Assembly (NCBI GenBank): GCA_965262715.1
Contig: OZ253553.1
Span: forward strand, 2,496,001-2,560,000
Origin: Bdellovibrionales bacterium
Lineage (GTDB): Bacteria; Bdellovibrionota; Bdellovibrionia; Bdellovibrionales; JAUICD01
DNA: 64,000 nucleotides
Direction: 5' to 3'
In this document: piece after piece, positions 1 through 10,134 of the stretch
How the letters are laid out: each line of letters opens with the position of its first letter
Numbering within the stretch: position 1 is the stretch's first letter
Made by a program: the position numbers and the translations under genes
Notes under the pieces: generated by a model
What the model saw: only the letters and a program-made list of their open reading frames with translations
Database searches by the model: none
What the model was told of the DNA's origin: nothing

Positions 1-65
1 TACAAAACAAGTAATGTACCACTGTGGAATATTTATAAGCTTTTTAAACTGTTATCTGCCGAAAT

Positions 66-94
66 AAAAAAGGCTCTAAATAAAGAGCCTTTTT
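66..94. terminator. Probable bidirectional intrinsic terminator
   Basis: AAAAAGGCTCT...AGAGCCTTTTT hairpin 47 bp downstream of the minus-strand gene ending at 141. Confidence 0.75.
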
Positions 95-140
95 ATCAAA
101 AATATAAGTTAAAATAGCTGATCTAGATGATCCTTATCGC

Positions 141-908
141 CTATCCGAAGAACCAACCAATACCAAGTGTTGCATAAAAAGCATTTAGCTTAAGTTTTTT
201 AGTCTCATCACCAGTGCCAGTAACATTTAAAAGAGTACTTCCATTCGTACATTCTTCTAATGCCCTACCTGCATTACTTGCTGCTTTACACTTTAAGTCG
301 CCAAAAGAAGATAAGTCATAACCAGCCTCTAACTTAACCAAAAAATTATCAGTTACCTTATATCCAAGCTCTAAACCTGCCTGACCAGTGATCTGATTCC
401 ATAAAAATTGATTACTTCTTACCTCAACATTCGTGCCAGTCCCATCTCCTTGATTCATCATAGAAAGCATTAGGGATTTCCAAATATCCAAACCTAAAAC
501 AGGCCCTACAAAAAATTGATCCATATGAAATCTATAATTTAATAAAAGAGCCAATCGATGATGAGTAAATTTATACTTATCATCATCGTCTGGTCTCCCT
601 GTTGTTCCGTTATCATAATCTTTTTCTCCCATAAGTGCTAACCGATACCGTAAACCAACACCAAAACTGCCTGTATCATTCATCATGTGCCTATAAACAG
701 CATCTGCTCCAAAATGAAGTGACATGTTTTTTTGATCTTCCCATCCACTACTTGTACTTCCTACTTCCTTAAGATTCAACTTACTGCCAAATTTCATCCC
801 AAAATGACCTGAAACCTCGGCATTACCTTGAGCAAAGCTGGTAAAGCTTAAGCTCACAAGAAAAACTGCTAAATAAATAAAACTTTTCATTTGATTTAAA
901 CCTAACAT
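141..908 (-). CDS. Outer-membrane beta-barrel protein
   Basis: Sec signal peptide (..TSFA), alternating amphipathic beta strands, aromatic C-terminus (LGIGWFFG), AGGAGG RBS upstream. Confidence 0.7.
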   Translation of the reverse strand: MLGLNQMKSFIYLAVFLVSLSFTSFAQGNAEVSGHFGMKFGSKLNLKEVGSTSSGWEDQKNMSLHFGADAVYRHMMNDTGSFGVGLRYRLALMGEKDYDNGTTGRPDDDDKYKFTHHRLALLLNYRFHMDQFFVGPVLGLDIWKSLMLSMMNQGDGTGTNVEVRSNQFLWNQITGQAGLELGYKVTDNFLVKLEAGYDLSSFGDLKCKAASNAGRALEECTNGSTLLNVTGTGDETKKLKLNAFYATLGIGWFFG

Positions 909-1702
909 AATAAATACCTCCTAAATAAAATTTTTTCATCTCGTAAACAATTATCAATAGTCAATAACTGTTATAATAATTTAATAACTTTATTTTTTAA
1001 GTCAATATCCATAATCATACATATACTTATCACTATGTTGATTATATTATTAACCTTTCACTATCTATGTCATTCACTCATTTGAAACTCCCTTGATTAT
1101 CACTCATTTTATTATTTTTTTACTTATCATGTTTTTTATCTACTCAATACTTAAGCATCTAATGTATAGTCAACTATGTTGAAAAGCTCAATTAATTTTT
1201 CACAATTACAGTTAAAATTGCTTTATTATCAATGTTATGATTTTTTAAGGTTCGATTTTGCTACTAAACGTAAAATAAATACGCTTTTGCTATAAAGTTT
1301 AAGAATGTCAATGATGCTTATTTTTAAGCTAATCTTTTATATTTGATTTGAATATACTTACTACTTCAATACAAATTATATTCATGTTAACATAAGAGTC
1401 AAATATATTATATCAAAGATTCGAAAATAATTAAAAAAAAGCAAATAATACATTTAAATAAGATATTAAAACCATGATGTCAACACTAAATCTAAAATTT
1501 GTACACATAAGATACAATAAAAACAAGCCTATTTTACTTAAAGGTAAACTTTAATGATATAAAATAATACAATTTTACTCAATTTTTATAACTTTAAGAG
1601 GCCTGTTGTTTATTAATTTACCTAAGTTACACGATCATTTAATAGCCGTCTTCCGGACTCCGTAAATCCGGGAACCCGGAAATCTGGCAATCTACCTATT
1701 TA

Positions 1703-1774
1703 TTTTGAACTTTTTCATAATTTTTTTCTCCTTTATCCCCTGGTGGGAGAAAAAAATTATGAAAAAGTTCAAAA
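1703..1774 (+). promoter_or_regulatory. Perfect 29-bp inverted repeat covering RBS and start codon
   Basis: 1703-1731 TTTTGAACTTTTTCATAATTTTTTTCTCC is the exact reverse complement of 1746-1774, which holds GGAG and ATG 1759. Confidence 0.7.
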
Positions 1775-2052
1775 CTTATCAGTTAGCAACTCAGTTTTAT
1801 CGTAAATCTAGCAATTTAAGCTTAAGAGGACCAATAAAGAATCAGTTCCAAAGAGCTATACTTAGTATTGTATTAAATCTAGCTGAAGGATCTGCTAAAT
1901 CCAGTAATAGAGAACGTAGAAAGTTCTATGAGATTAGTTTAGGCTCTCTAAGGGAAGTGCAAGCAATATTAACTCTTATTAATCATCAAAAATTAATAAA
2001 AGAAGCTGATAGATTTGGAGCTTTTCTATATAAACTGTGTAAAAATACTTAA
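1759..2052 (+). CDS. Four-helix bundle protein (TIGR02436 / 23S rRNA IVP-like family)
   Basis: Motifs QFQRAILSIVLNLAEG and FYEISLGSLREVQ; ATG at 1759 preceded by GGAG. Confidence 0.85.
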   Translation: MKKFKTYQLATQFYRKSSNLSLRGPIKNQFQRAILSIVLNLAEGSAKSSNRERRKFYEISLGSLREVQAILTLINHQKLIKEADRFGAFLYKLCKNT

Positions 2053-2145
2053 AACTAAAAGTAATTTCTCTTTTTATTAAAAAGTATTTTGCGTAAGATC
2101 AGTGATTTATCTAAAAAACAGATTTCTAAAACAGCTTTTAAAAAT

Positions 2146-2222
2146 TGGGGTGGCTAACGGGGATTGAACCCGCGACCCCAGGAACCACAATCCTGTGCTC
2201 TACCAACTGAGCTATAGCCACC
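2146..2222 (-). tRNA. tRNA-His (GTG)
   Basis: Reverse complement GGTGGCTATAGCTCAGTTGGTAGAGC...TTGTGGT...TTCAATC...TAGCCACCCCA; cloverleaf, G-1 and encoded CCA. Confidence 0.97.
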
Positions 2223-2230
2223 ATTGCTGT

Positions 2231-2375
2231 TTCACTAAAAATACCTCTTGCCTCTGGCAACTTTCTGACAGTAAGCCTGACGATTTATATCGTTAGCAAG
2301 TAGCTTACTGTCTAGAAAGCCGGACTATTTTTAGGAGAAAGACTCCCCGTGTTCTTTTACTTCATGTTAAGGAAA
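2231..2375 (+). repeat. Family A structured dispersed repeat
   Basis: Starts TTCACTAAAAAT, inner stem GACAGTAAGC/GCTTACTGTC, ends ATGTTAAGGAAA. Confidence 0.8.
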
Positions 2376-2396
2376 CCTCTCCCTTCTTCATTAAAG

Positions 2397-2539
2397 TTCA
2401 CTAAAAATGAACTGGTCTCTGACCATTTTTGGCCAATGAGCACGACGGCTAACGCCCTTGTAAAATGCTTATTGGCTCAAAAACCTGTTCATTTTTAGTA
2501 GGAAGACTCCCTTCGTTGTTTAACACCATGTTAAGGAAA
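2397..2539 (+). repeat. Family A structured dispersed repeat
   Basis: Outer stem CTAAAAATGAAC/GTTCATTTTTAG, inner stem CCAATGAGCA/TGCTTATTGG, ends ATGTTAAGGAAA. Confidence 0.85.
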
Positions 2540-2611
2540 TCGTTTATACCTTACTTCTTACCTTCTCTTCTCCTTACAAATCATATAAATCTTTATAAGT
2601 TAATAAAAGAC

Positions 2612-2703
2612 TTGATGTTTTAAGCCAAAGACAAGATCTTCCGCAGAGTGATCGCTATCCAAGCGATCACTCGAAGACTTCGAGGATTGGCTTAAAATAT
2701 CAA
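2612..2703. repeat. Isolated nested hairpin element
   Basis: Outer IR TTGATGTTTTAAGCCAA/TTGGCTTAAAATATCAA (16/17); inner perfect IR GAGTGATCGCT/AGCGATCACTC. Confidence 0.7.
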
Positions 2704-2734
2704 ATCATTACTTCGAAGATTTTTCCCCTGTTTT

Positions 2735-2884
2735 TTCTAAAAAAACAACCTCTCCACCACCTCTGGCTGTTTTTGGGCAGTCAGCCTGAAGACTTACGTC
2801 TTCAAGAAAATGCTGACTGCCTCAAAAATCCGTTTATTTTTACTAAGCAGATACTCCTCTTTTTTTAGCAAAATGTTAAGGAAA
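2735..2884 (+). repeat. Family A structured dispersed repeat
   Basis: Inner stems GGCAGTCAGC/GCTGACTGCC and TGAAGAC/GTCTTCA, conserved tail. Confidence 0.8.
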
Positions 2885-3166
2885 CCTGTTTATTTTGAGT
2901 AAGCAGATACTCCTCTTTTTTTAGCAAAATGTTAAGGAAACCTGTTTATTTTGAGTAAGCAGATACTCCTCTTTTTTTAGCAAAATGTTAAGGAAACCTG
3001 TTTATTTTGAGTAAGCAGATACTCCTCTTTTTTTAGCAAAATGTTAAGGAAACCTGTTTATTTTGAGTAAGCAGATACTCCTCTTTTTTTAGCAAAATGT
3101 TAAGGAAACCTGTTTATTTTGAGTAAGCAGATACTCCGCGTTCTTTTACTTCATGTTAAGGAAACC
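2832..3166 (+). repeat. 56-bp tandem repeat x6 (amplified 3' tail of family A)
   Basis: Units start at 2832, 2888, 2944, 3000, 3056, 3112; no spacers. Confidence 0.95.
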
Positions 3167-3215
3167 TCTCCCTTTAATAACTATATTATGCAATAAGTCC
3201 TTCAGATTAAAAAGA

Positions 3216-3881
3216 TTATTTTTTTAAGTCAATAAGAGGTGAAAAAGTGGTAGTGGAACTTGTTGAAATTTCTACCTTTTGTAAAGTAGAAACACTTGAA
3301 GAAGACGTTTTATCATCATTTACCGACTTGGAAATAGAAGTGGATGTCGTAGAGCTTGCAGGTGTCGATTTCTTATCAGGTAAGGCTTCTAAGTCTGTTA
3401 CCCCTTCTCTATCTGGTAAAACAGCCTCATCTATCGTATCAGGCTCTTGAGATGTATCTATAGAGCCAGCAGAAGAAATAACGATCGGTTCTGCACTATA
3501 ATCTATGGACTGTTTGTTAATTTGGATTTCTTTAATATCCCAGCTTTTTTGGATATCTTGATCAGTAGGATTTAACAATGCCCACCCTTTAAGTTGTGAT
3601 TGAGTCATTTGATCCTCTAAAGGATGCTTAAAACCATATTCAAAAAAGACTTTTATTTCATCATCTCGGACATAACTAGACCAAAGTGATGTGAATTTAA
3701 TATCCGTTACATCAGGAATGTTTTTTTCAAGATGCTCTACGACAAAAGCTTGCAAGCCAGCCTGAAGCCTTGAATGAAACTCCCAAGACGATATGCCTTC
3801 TCCTCCTCGATACCAATTCCAAGAAAAATAAAGCGCAACCATCCAAAATATGATCATAAATAACGGATTAAAAGATTTCAT
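3216..3881 (-). CDS. Hypothetical membrane-anchored protein with Ser/Thr-rich tail
   Basis: N-terminal TM helix, GAGG RBS, 221-aa ORF. Confidence 0.7.
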   Translation of the reverse strand: MKSFNPLFMIIFWMVALYFSWNWYRGGEGISSWEFHSRLQAGLQAFVVEHLEKNIPDVTDIKFTSLWSSYVRDDEIKVFFEYGFKHPLEDQMTQSQLKGWALLNPTDQDIQKSWDIKEIQINKQSIDYSAEPIVISSAGSIDTSQEPDTIDEAVLPDREGVTDLEALPDKKSTPASSTTSTSISKSVNDDKTSSSSVSTLQKVEISTSSTTTFSPLIDLKK

Positions 3882-4089
3882 TTTACCCTCACTTTATAAT
3901 ATATACAAAATAGCCTATAACATGAACCTCTAATATTTCATTTATATTCCTTCGAGGAAAGATTAAAGACCGCTATTATCCCTCTTTAAACAGTAAATAA
4001 AAAGAATGTGATTTATTATATTTAAAATAGATTTAATGCCTCCAAACTTTTTATTGCTCTCAACATAAATATATAGTTTATTGTTACTT

Positions 4090-5268
4090 ATGCGCATAAA
4101 TAACAATAAACTATATAAACGTGAAATACAATTGGATCATATAGATTCATCTTGTTTTCTCTTCGGCCCAAGGATGACAGGTAAGACCTCTCTTCTAACT
4201 CAATTGTCAGTGAACTCTTATTACAATTTACTAGACCCTCAAGTAGAGTTAAAACTTCGCACAAGACCTCATGAGTTTTGGGAAGAAATCTCTTACTTAA
4301 AACCTGGCGCAACGGTTATTATTGATGAAATACAACGTATACCCGTTTTACTAGATTATGTTCAAATGGGTATTGATCAAAAGCGGATACAATTTCTGCT
4401 GTCTGGTTCAAGTACTCGTAAAATTAAGCGTAATTGCGCAAACTTATTAGGTGGACGCGCGCTACATTTACAATTACATCCTTTGACGTACAAAGAACTA
4501 AGTAACGATTTTGATATTCAAAATGTATTAAGGTTTGGTACGTTGCCTTTAATTGCTTTACTTGTTTCTAATACAAAAACACAAACAGCTAAACGACAGC
4601 TAAAAAGCTATGTCACCACCTATATCAAAGAAGAAATACAAACAGAAGCTCTTGTACGTAATATTGATGCTTTTCATCGTTTTCTAAATATAGCTGCTGC
4701 ATGTAATGGGCAGATGATTGAATTTGCAAATATTTCTAGAGAATGTGCAGTACATGCTAATACTGTCAAAGAACATTACTCCATTTTAGAAGATACACTG
4801 ATCGGTCATTTTGTATGGCCTTTCCACCGCAGTCAGAGAAAAAAAGCTAGACCAAAGTTTTACTTTTTTGATTGCGGAGTTGTCAGAGCTTTGCAATCTC
4901 GCATTACAGAAAACCCTAATGCCCAAGAACTAGGCGTGCTTTTTGAAACTTGGATTGCAAATGAGCTTATAAGAATCCGTGATTATTTAGAATATGAACA
5001 TACTATTTCTCTATGGAGACATGGTAAATGGGAAATAGATTTTATTATAGAATCACCTAGAGGTCCTCTATTTGCTATTGAGTGCAAATCTGGCCAGCAT
5101 ATAAAAAACAAATATGCCATTGATGCTTTTAGGAAATATTTTCCAAAAGTGCCTCTTGTTATTTGTTCACTTCTTGATCAACGCACAAGGCAAATACAAG
5201 AGAATGTATGGATAGAAAATTATACAAAAACAATCCAACGATATCGAAATCTGTCCTTTTCATTATAA
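4090..5268 (+). CDS. AAA+ ATPase (AAA_14 with DUF4143-type C-terminal nuclease-like domain)
   Basis: Walker A GPRMTGKT, Walker B IIDEIQ, LSGSS, KFYFFDCG, EIDFI..AIECK; start uncertain (TTG 4081 or ATG 4090). Confidence 0.85.
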   Translation: MRINNNKLYKREIQLDHIDSSCFLFGPRMTGKTSLLTQLSVNSYYNLLDPQVELKLRTRPHEFWEEISYLKPGATVIIDEIQRIPVLLDYVQMGIDQKRIQFLLSGSSTRKIKRNCANLLGGRALHLQLHPLTYKELSNDFDIQNVLRFGTLPLIALLVSNTKTQTAKRQLKSYVTTYIKEEIQTEALVRNIDAFHRFLNIAAACNGQMIEFANISRECAVHANTVKEHYSILEDTLIGHFVWPFHRSQRKKARPKFYFFDCGVVRALQSRITENPNAQELGVLFETWIANELIRIRDYLEYEHTISLWRHGKWEIDFIIESPRGPLFAIECKSGQHIKNKYAIDAFRKYFPKVPLVICSLLDQRTRQIQENVWIENYTKTIQRYRNLSFSL

Positions 5269-5310
5269 AATAATAATGGTATTTTTCAAAAAATCTTTTA
5301 TGCTTTAAAA

Positions 5311-6984
5311 ATGGATAACTCTTATACACTTCAAAGTAGCATAAAAAGCCAAATCAACACTCAAGATGCAGATTTCCTTGCCAATCAAAATGCTATGCAA
5401 AATCTTGTATCAGATATAAATGCGCATATTGCCGCTGTTCAAAAAGGAGGAGGAGAAAATGCGGTTAAAAGGCACAAAGCTAAAGGCAAACTAACTGCTA
5501 GAGAAAGAATCCAACAACTGATTGATGTCAAAACACGGTTTTTAGAATTTTCTCCTCTAGCAGCCTATAATATGTATGATAACTGCGCGCCTGCTGCAGG
5601 TATTATCACTGGAATTGGTGTGGTACATGAGCAAGAATGTATCATTGTTGCTAATGATGCTACTGTAAAGGGAGGGACATACTTTCCCATCACAGTCAAA
5701 AAACACCTAAGAGCCCAAGAGATTGCTTTAGAAAATCATCTTCCATGTATTTACTTAGTAGATAGCGGAGGAGCCTTTTTACCACTCCAAGCAGAAGTTT
5801 TCCCTGATAAGGATCACTTTGGTCGTATTTTTTATAATCAAGCTCAAATGTCAGCTAAAAATATCTCTCAAATTGCCGTTGTGATGGGTAGCTGTACAGC
5901 TGGCGGAGCTTACGTCCCAGCAATGAGTGATGAAAATATCATTGTCGATAAAAATGGTTATATTTTCCTTGGAGGGCCTCCTCTTGTGAAAGCTGCCACA
6001 GGTGAACAAGTGGATGCACAGTCTCTAGGAGGCAGTAAAGTCCATTGTCAACAAAGTGGAGTGGCAGATCATTATGCTACTAACGACGGACAAGCCATAG
6101 ACCTTTGTCGGCAAATTGTGTCACATCTTAATCTTTATAAATCAGATAGTTTAAAACAGCTTCAAATTGAAGAGCCTCTTTACGACCCTTACGAACTCTA
6201 CGGCATCATTCCTAAAAACGAAAAGCGATCTTTTGACGTAAAAGAAGTCATTGCTCGTATTGTAGATGCTAGCCGCTTTCATGAGTTTAAAGCCAATTAT
6301 GCTAAAACCATCGTAACAGGATTTGCGCATATCTATGGTTTTCCAGTGGGTATTGTTGCAAATAATGGAATCATTTTTTCAGAGAGTGCCTTAAAAGCAA
6401 CTCATTTTATCTCTTTATGTTGCCAAAGAAATATCCCACTGATTTTCCTTCAAAATGTTACAGGATTTATGGTTGGTAAAAAATACGAAAATGCAGGTAT
6501 TGCTAAAGACGGAGCTAAAATGGTGATGGCCGTGAGTAATGCCCACGTTCCTAAATTCACAGTTATGATAGGAGGCTCTTATGGTGCTGGAAACTATGGC
6601 ATGTGTGGACGAGCATATCAACCTAGGCAGCTTTGGATGTGGCCAAATGCAAGAATAAGCGTGATGGGAGGCCAACAAGCTGCAAGCGTACTCACGACAG
6701 TCAAATTAGACCAACTTAAAAGAAAAGCAAAAAAAACAGGCTCATCAGAACAAACTTCACGCCTATCTGAAAAACAAATTTCAGAATTTCAGTCTTCTAT
6801 TTTGAAAAAATATGAAACAGAAAGTTCTGCCTACTATTCTACAGCTAGATTATGGGATGATGGTATTATTGACCCTGTAGATACACGTCATGTATTAGGA
6901 CTTGGCATCCAGGCCAGCCTCAATAATCCATGGCGACAAAGTCAACAAAGCCAACCCCATTCACAAGGTGTTTTCCGTATGTAG
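5311..6984 (+). CDS. mccB: 3-methylcrotonyl-CoA carboxylase beta subunit (carboxyltransferase)
   Basis: [52 protein letters not shown] motifs. Confidence 0.9.
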   Translation: MDNSYTLQSSIKSQINTQDADFLANQNAMQNLVSDINAHIAAVQKGGGENAVKRHKAKGKLTARERIQQLIDVKTRFLEFSPLAAYNMYDNCAPAAGIITGIGVVHEQECIIVANDATVKGGTYFPITVKKHLRAQEIALENHLPCIYLVDSGGAFLPLQAEVFPDKDHFGRIFYNQAQMSAKNISQIAVVMGSCTAGGAYVPAMSDENIIVDKNGYIFLGGPPLVKAATGEQVDAQSLGGSKVHCQQSGVADHYATNDGQAIDLCRQIVSHLNLYKSDSLKQLQIEEPLYDPYELYGIIPKNEKRSFDVKEVIARIVDASRFHEFKANYAKTIVTGFAHIYGFPVGIVANNGIIFSESALKATHFISLCCQRNIPLIFLQNVTGFMVGKKYENAGIAKDGAKMVMAVSNAHVPKFTVMIGGSYGAGNYGMCGRAYQPRQLWMWPNARISVMGGQQAASVLTTVKLDQLKRKAKKTGSSEQTSRLSEKQISEFQSSILKKYETESSAYYSTARLWDDGIIDPVDTRHVLGLGIQASLNNPWRQSQQSQPHSQGVFRM

Positions 6985-7003
6985 AGAATGAACCTTAAGT
7001 CAC

Positions 7004-7140
7004 TTACTGACCTACCTAAGTTAAACCTTGCTTAATTGCTATCTCTTGAGTCCAAGAACCCCGAGAAACAGGCAATACGGCAGACTGACAATAGTTCCTC
7101 GGAGCCGTTGTCTGTTTACAGATTGCTCGAATGCCAGAAG
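7004..7140 (+). repeat. Family B element without gene (degenerate octamers)
   Basis: TTACTGACCTACCTAAGTTAAACCTTGCTTAATTGCTATCTC matches 11459-11500; followed by CAGGCAAT-type octamers. Confidence 0.65.
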
Positions 7141-7538
7141 AAGTATTTGGTAATATATTGGTAATACAGTTATTTATAACAAATTCATGGTTTCTGAGAT
7201 GACCTCTAGTAACAAAATTTGTTCCTAATTATTTCATAATTCTCATACCATGAAATAATTACCATATCTACTGACCTTTTTTGTTATTTTTTCATGGTTT
7301 TGAAACTTTATATGCCCCTACATCAAAACTTATGCCATAAATCATTCTTCTTTCACCTACTATTCCCTACCTTCAAAAGCTGTCCAACAATTTTTTATGG
7401 ACAACATAAATTATATAGTTATTTCAATATATTATGTATATACATCTACTACATATTTACAAAAAACAAATCTAAGGATTCTTAAAAATATCTCTTTTGA
7501 TATGTAAATTTATCTCATTTTCGAGCGATTTACGATTT

Positions 7539-7555
7539 TTGGTTTCAATTTTGCA
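7539..7555 (+). promoter_or_regulatory. Possible sigma-54 (-24/-12) promoter
   Basis: TTGG-N10-GC spacing ending TTGCA, about 50 bp before ATG 7605; only a partial consensus match. Confidence 0.3.
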
Positions 7556-7604
7556 TAAATATAATTTTAACAAGGATAAAATAATAACAAAGGAGCTAAA
7601 AAAA

Positions 7605-8792
7605 ATGACTTATAACAAAAACTTAATAACTTCTCTTATTAATATGGCGTTTTTACTTACAATTTTTATTGTAAGTATATTCTTCACACATCAAGTTGTG
7701 TGGGGACAAAGTCTTGATAGAATAGTCACTGATGAAATAGATACAGAACTTAACTTATACGAAGGATCAAGAACTATTCCTGTCTATCAAGGAAATGAAG
7801 CAGTTGTAAACGATACTCCTTTAGAACTTGCTGTTCATGGACAATGTGGAACACACCTAAATACATGTGTAAAAGGCGCAGCAGTCAACATAAGAAAAGA
7901 TAAAGGATATAGATGGTCCTGTGAAGGAAAACATGGAGGATCGACTTCTCCTTGTTATATTAAAGAATCCGAAGCAGAAGGAAAGCAACGCAGACAAATC
8001 GAGTTGACAGAAAAAATAGATCAAGAAATATCAGACCAAATTGAAAGTGAGAGATTAAAAGTATTAGAAGATCATGGTCAAGACGCTATAGATCGTTTAG
8101 AAGATGATGATAAAAATAGCTCTAAAGACCAACGTGTATCTGCTGTCCAGAATAATGCTTCTTTGAACACAGTTCATCAAGCTTATCCTGCAATTAAAAA
8201 AACCGAGGATGAAGTAAATGTCTATATCTCTGGTGGAGCAGGTGTTTCCATATTTTCAGGAGTTGATAATATCAGTAATGGATTGAATGCTGGTGTAAGT
8301 GTTGGCGCAAAATTTCCTCAGAATTTTCTTTTTGAAGTCGGGTTTAGTTATTCTGATTTTAAATTAGATAATTACTATGGTTATTATCCTAGAGTTGCGG
8401 CTCCAAATTCAGTTCAATGTGTTGACTGTCGTATTAAAGAATATGCGGGAACATTAAGTGTGAAATATCATCTATTTAATAAAACTCTAAGACCTTTTGG
8501 CGGTGTCTCAGGTATTTATAGATACCGTACCTATACAGATGACTCCTATGGAGGAGCAGTTTATAATAGATACAATTCATCATCTCACGGCCTTGATATG
8601 GGCCCAAATGTTGGAGTAGACTTTGCCCTTAGTTCACAGTTCATGGTAGGAGTAGAGTTAAAGTATATGGTCAATTTAACTAACTCTGTATCAGATTCTC
8701 ACATGATATATAGATACAGATCTCCTGACGAACAGCTATCAGATGACCTTAGTTATTTCACCTTTGGCATTAATGCTAAGTTTTTATTGTAA
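7605..8792 (+). CDS. Outer-membrane beta-barrel protein with N-terminal Cys-rich module
   Basis: AGGAG RBS at 7591, signal peptide, GQCG..C..G..WSCEG..GG..C module, C-terminal barrel ending FGINAKFLL. Confidence 0.75.
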   Translation: MTYNKNLITSLINMAFLLTIFIVSIFFTHQVVWGQSLDRIVTDEIDTELNLYEGSRTIPVYQGNEAVVNDTPLELAVHGQCGTHLNTCVKGAAVNIRKDKGYRWSCEGKHGGSTSPCYIKESEAEGKQRRQIELTEKIDQEISDQIESERLKVLEDHGQDAIDRLEDDDKNSSKDQRVSAVQNNASLNTVHQAYPAIKKTEDEVNVYISGGAGVSIFSGVDNISNGLNAGVSVGAKFPQNFLFEVGFSYSDFKLDNYYGYYPRVAAPNSVQCVDCRIKEYAGTLSVKYHLFNKTLRPFGGVSGIYRYRTYTDDSYGGAVYNRYNSSSHGLDMGPNVGVDFALSSQFMVGVELKYMVNLTNSVSDSHMIYRYRSPDEQLSDDLSYFTFGINAKFLL

Positions 8793-8804
8793 TAAAAAAA
8801 TAAA

Positions 8805-8835
8805 AAAGGAGCCACCTATGTAAGGTGACTCCTTT
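8805..8835. terminator. Intrinsic terminator between convergent genes
   Basis: AAAGGAGCCACCT/AGGTGACTCCTTT hairpin. Confidence 0.7.
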
Positions 8836-8876
8836 GTAGAAATAACTATGCATAACACTTGTATGAGTTGAAGCCC

Positions 8877-9410
8877 TTAATCTAAAATATCCTCATCTTT
8901 TAAAGATTCTTCCTGATCTTTTTGTTTTACTTTTTCCATTTCTTCTTGTTCTAATAATTGAGAATCATTTTTATCCTGCTTTTCTAACATCCATTCGCCA
9001 ATAGGGCTGACAGCTACATCTTCTTGGTTATTAAGTGTGTTTTCTGACTGATGTAAATTCCATGCAAAAATACTTCCTAGAACAAGTAAAAAACTTGCCG
9101 CCATTGCCAATAATTTATTTTTCTGATGCTGCAAAGAGAAGATAGGTGATTGAATAGACTTATGTGATATTTTATCCATAATCCTATTGTATAACTTGTC
9201 ATGATACTCCTGAGAAAAGCTAGATACACTACCTAAGTTTTTGATTTCTGACTTGAGTTTTTTGTACTGAGATGTGACTTCCTGCGCTTCTGGTGAATGA
9301 TTGAGCTGAATATCTAAATCCTGTTTTAAAGAAGGCTCAAGCTCACCCTCTAAATAATTGATCCATAACTCTTCGTTTTCTCTTACTTTTGCTTTTTGAC
9401 CGTTATTCAT
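8877..9410 (-). CDS. Putative membrane anti-sigma factor
   Basis: Directly downstream of an ECF sigma; YLEGEL N-terminal motif; single TM helix. Confidence 0.65.
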   Translation of the reverse strand: MNNGQKAKVRENEELWINYLEGELEPSLKQDLDIQLNHSPEAQEVTSQYKKLKSEIKNLGSVSSFSQEYHDKLYNRIMDKISHKSIQSPIFSLQHQKNKLLAMAASFLLVLGSIFAWNLHQSENTLNNQEDVAVSPIGEWMLEKQDKNDSQLLEQEEMEKVKQKDQEESLKDEDILD

Positions 9411-9458
9411 TACTTATTCCTCTTTATTTATCTTTTATTTTACTAAAGTATTTTTAAT

Positions 9459-10058
9459 TTAATTTGTTTGCAGAGAAAGATCCTTTTGAAAGATCTTTCT
9501 TAACTTCATCAACGCATGTCTATAGTTCGCCTTAGCTGTGTCATAAGGGCATTGCATAATCTGAGCAATTTCTTTAAAACTTAAATCTTCATAAATCCTT
9601 AAAAAAAGTGCTCTTTTTTGTTTATGAGGTAATTTTTCAATTTCTTTCGCTAATAATTCTTTTGTGTCTTTTTGAAACAAACTTGTTTCAGCTTCTGGTG
9701 CTACGGATAAATAAGTTTTTTCAATATCTAAAAATATTTTTTGTTTCACTCTCAATTTATTCTTCCCTGTATTTAAGGCTATTTGATACAACCAACTCTT
9801 AAAAGAACTGCGTTTTTCAAATAGATGAATCTTTTGATAGGCTTTTATAAAGCTTTCCTGTACAACATCTTCTGCCAGTGCCCGGTCTTTTAATAAACGC
9901 ATACATAAATTTAATAAGCTTCTCTGATGCCTTTTAACCAGCTCTGAAAAAACAGCTGTTTCTCCATTTTGTAATAGTTCTACAAGCTGCCTATCTGATC
10001 TAACGAAACCCTTAAGATCTTCCTTTTCACCTGTATTTATGGCATATAATTGACTCAT
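9459..10058 (-). CDS. ECF RNA polymerase sigma factor (RpoE-like)
   Basis: Region 2 AEDVVQESFIKAY..FKSWLYQIALN; region 4 LSFKEIAQIMQCP. Confidence 0.92.
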   Translation of the reverse strand: MSQLYAINTGEKEDLKGFVRSDRQLVELLQNGETAVFSELVKRHQRSLLNLCMRLLKDRALAEDVVQESFIKAYQKIHLFEKRSSFKSWLYQIALNTGKNKLRVKQKIFLDIEKTYLSVAPEAETSLFQKDTKELLAKEIEKLPHKQKRALFLRIYEDLSFKEIAQIMQCPYDTAKANYRHALMKLRKIFQKDLSLQTN

Positions 10059-10134
10059 TGTACTTATGACCTTACTAGCCGTTAAAAAGGTTAAAACAAT
10101 TTTAATCTTTTATAAAAGTATAAAAAATAAGCTT

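Larger units (their letters stand above)
1575..2105 (+). mobile_element. Putative four-helix-bundle gene cassette, copy 1 (family B)
   Basis: Colinear with 11422-12122 over leader, CCGG octamers, hairpin, ORF and right end TTGCGTAAGATCAGT; the left end motif lacks ATCTTACGC relative to copy 2. Confidence 0.55.

Noticed and set aside
1759..2052. 23S rRNA intervening sequence
   Set aside because: No rRNA sequence flanks either four-helix-bundle gene
2832..3166. CRISPR array
   Set aside because: Units are contiguous 56-mers with no unique spacers, and no cas genes are in the window
7294..7485. 63-aa ORF (and similar 31087-31290)
   Set aside because: AT-rich intergenic sequence with no RBS or recognisable motif
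10065..10094. Autoregulatory ECF promoter (AAC..GTC) just before the sigma ATG
   Set aside because: Match is too short to support in AT-rich DNA without TSS data
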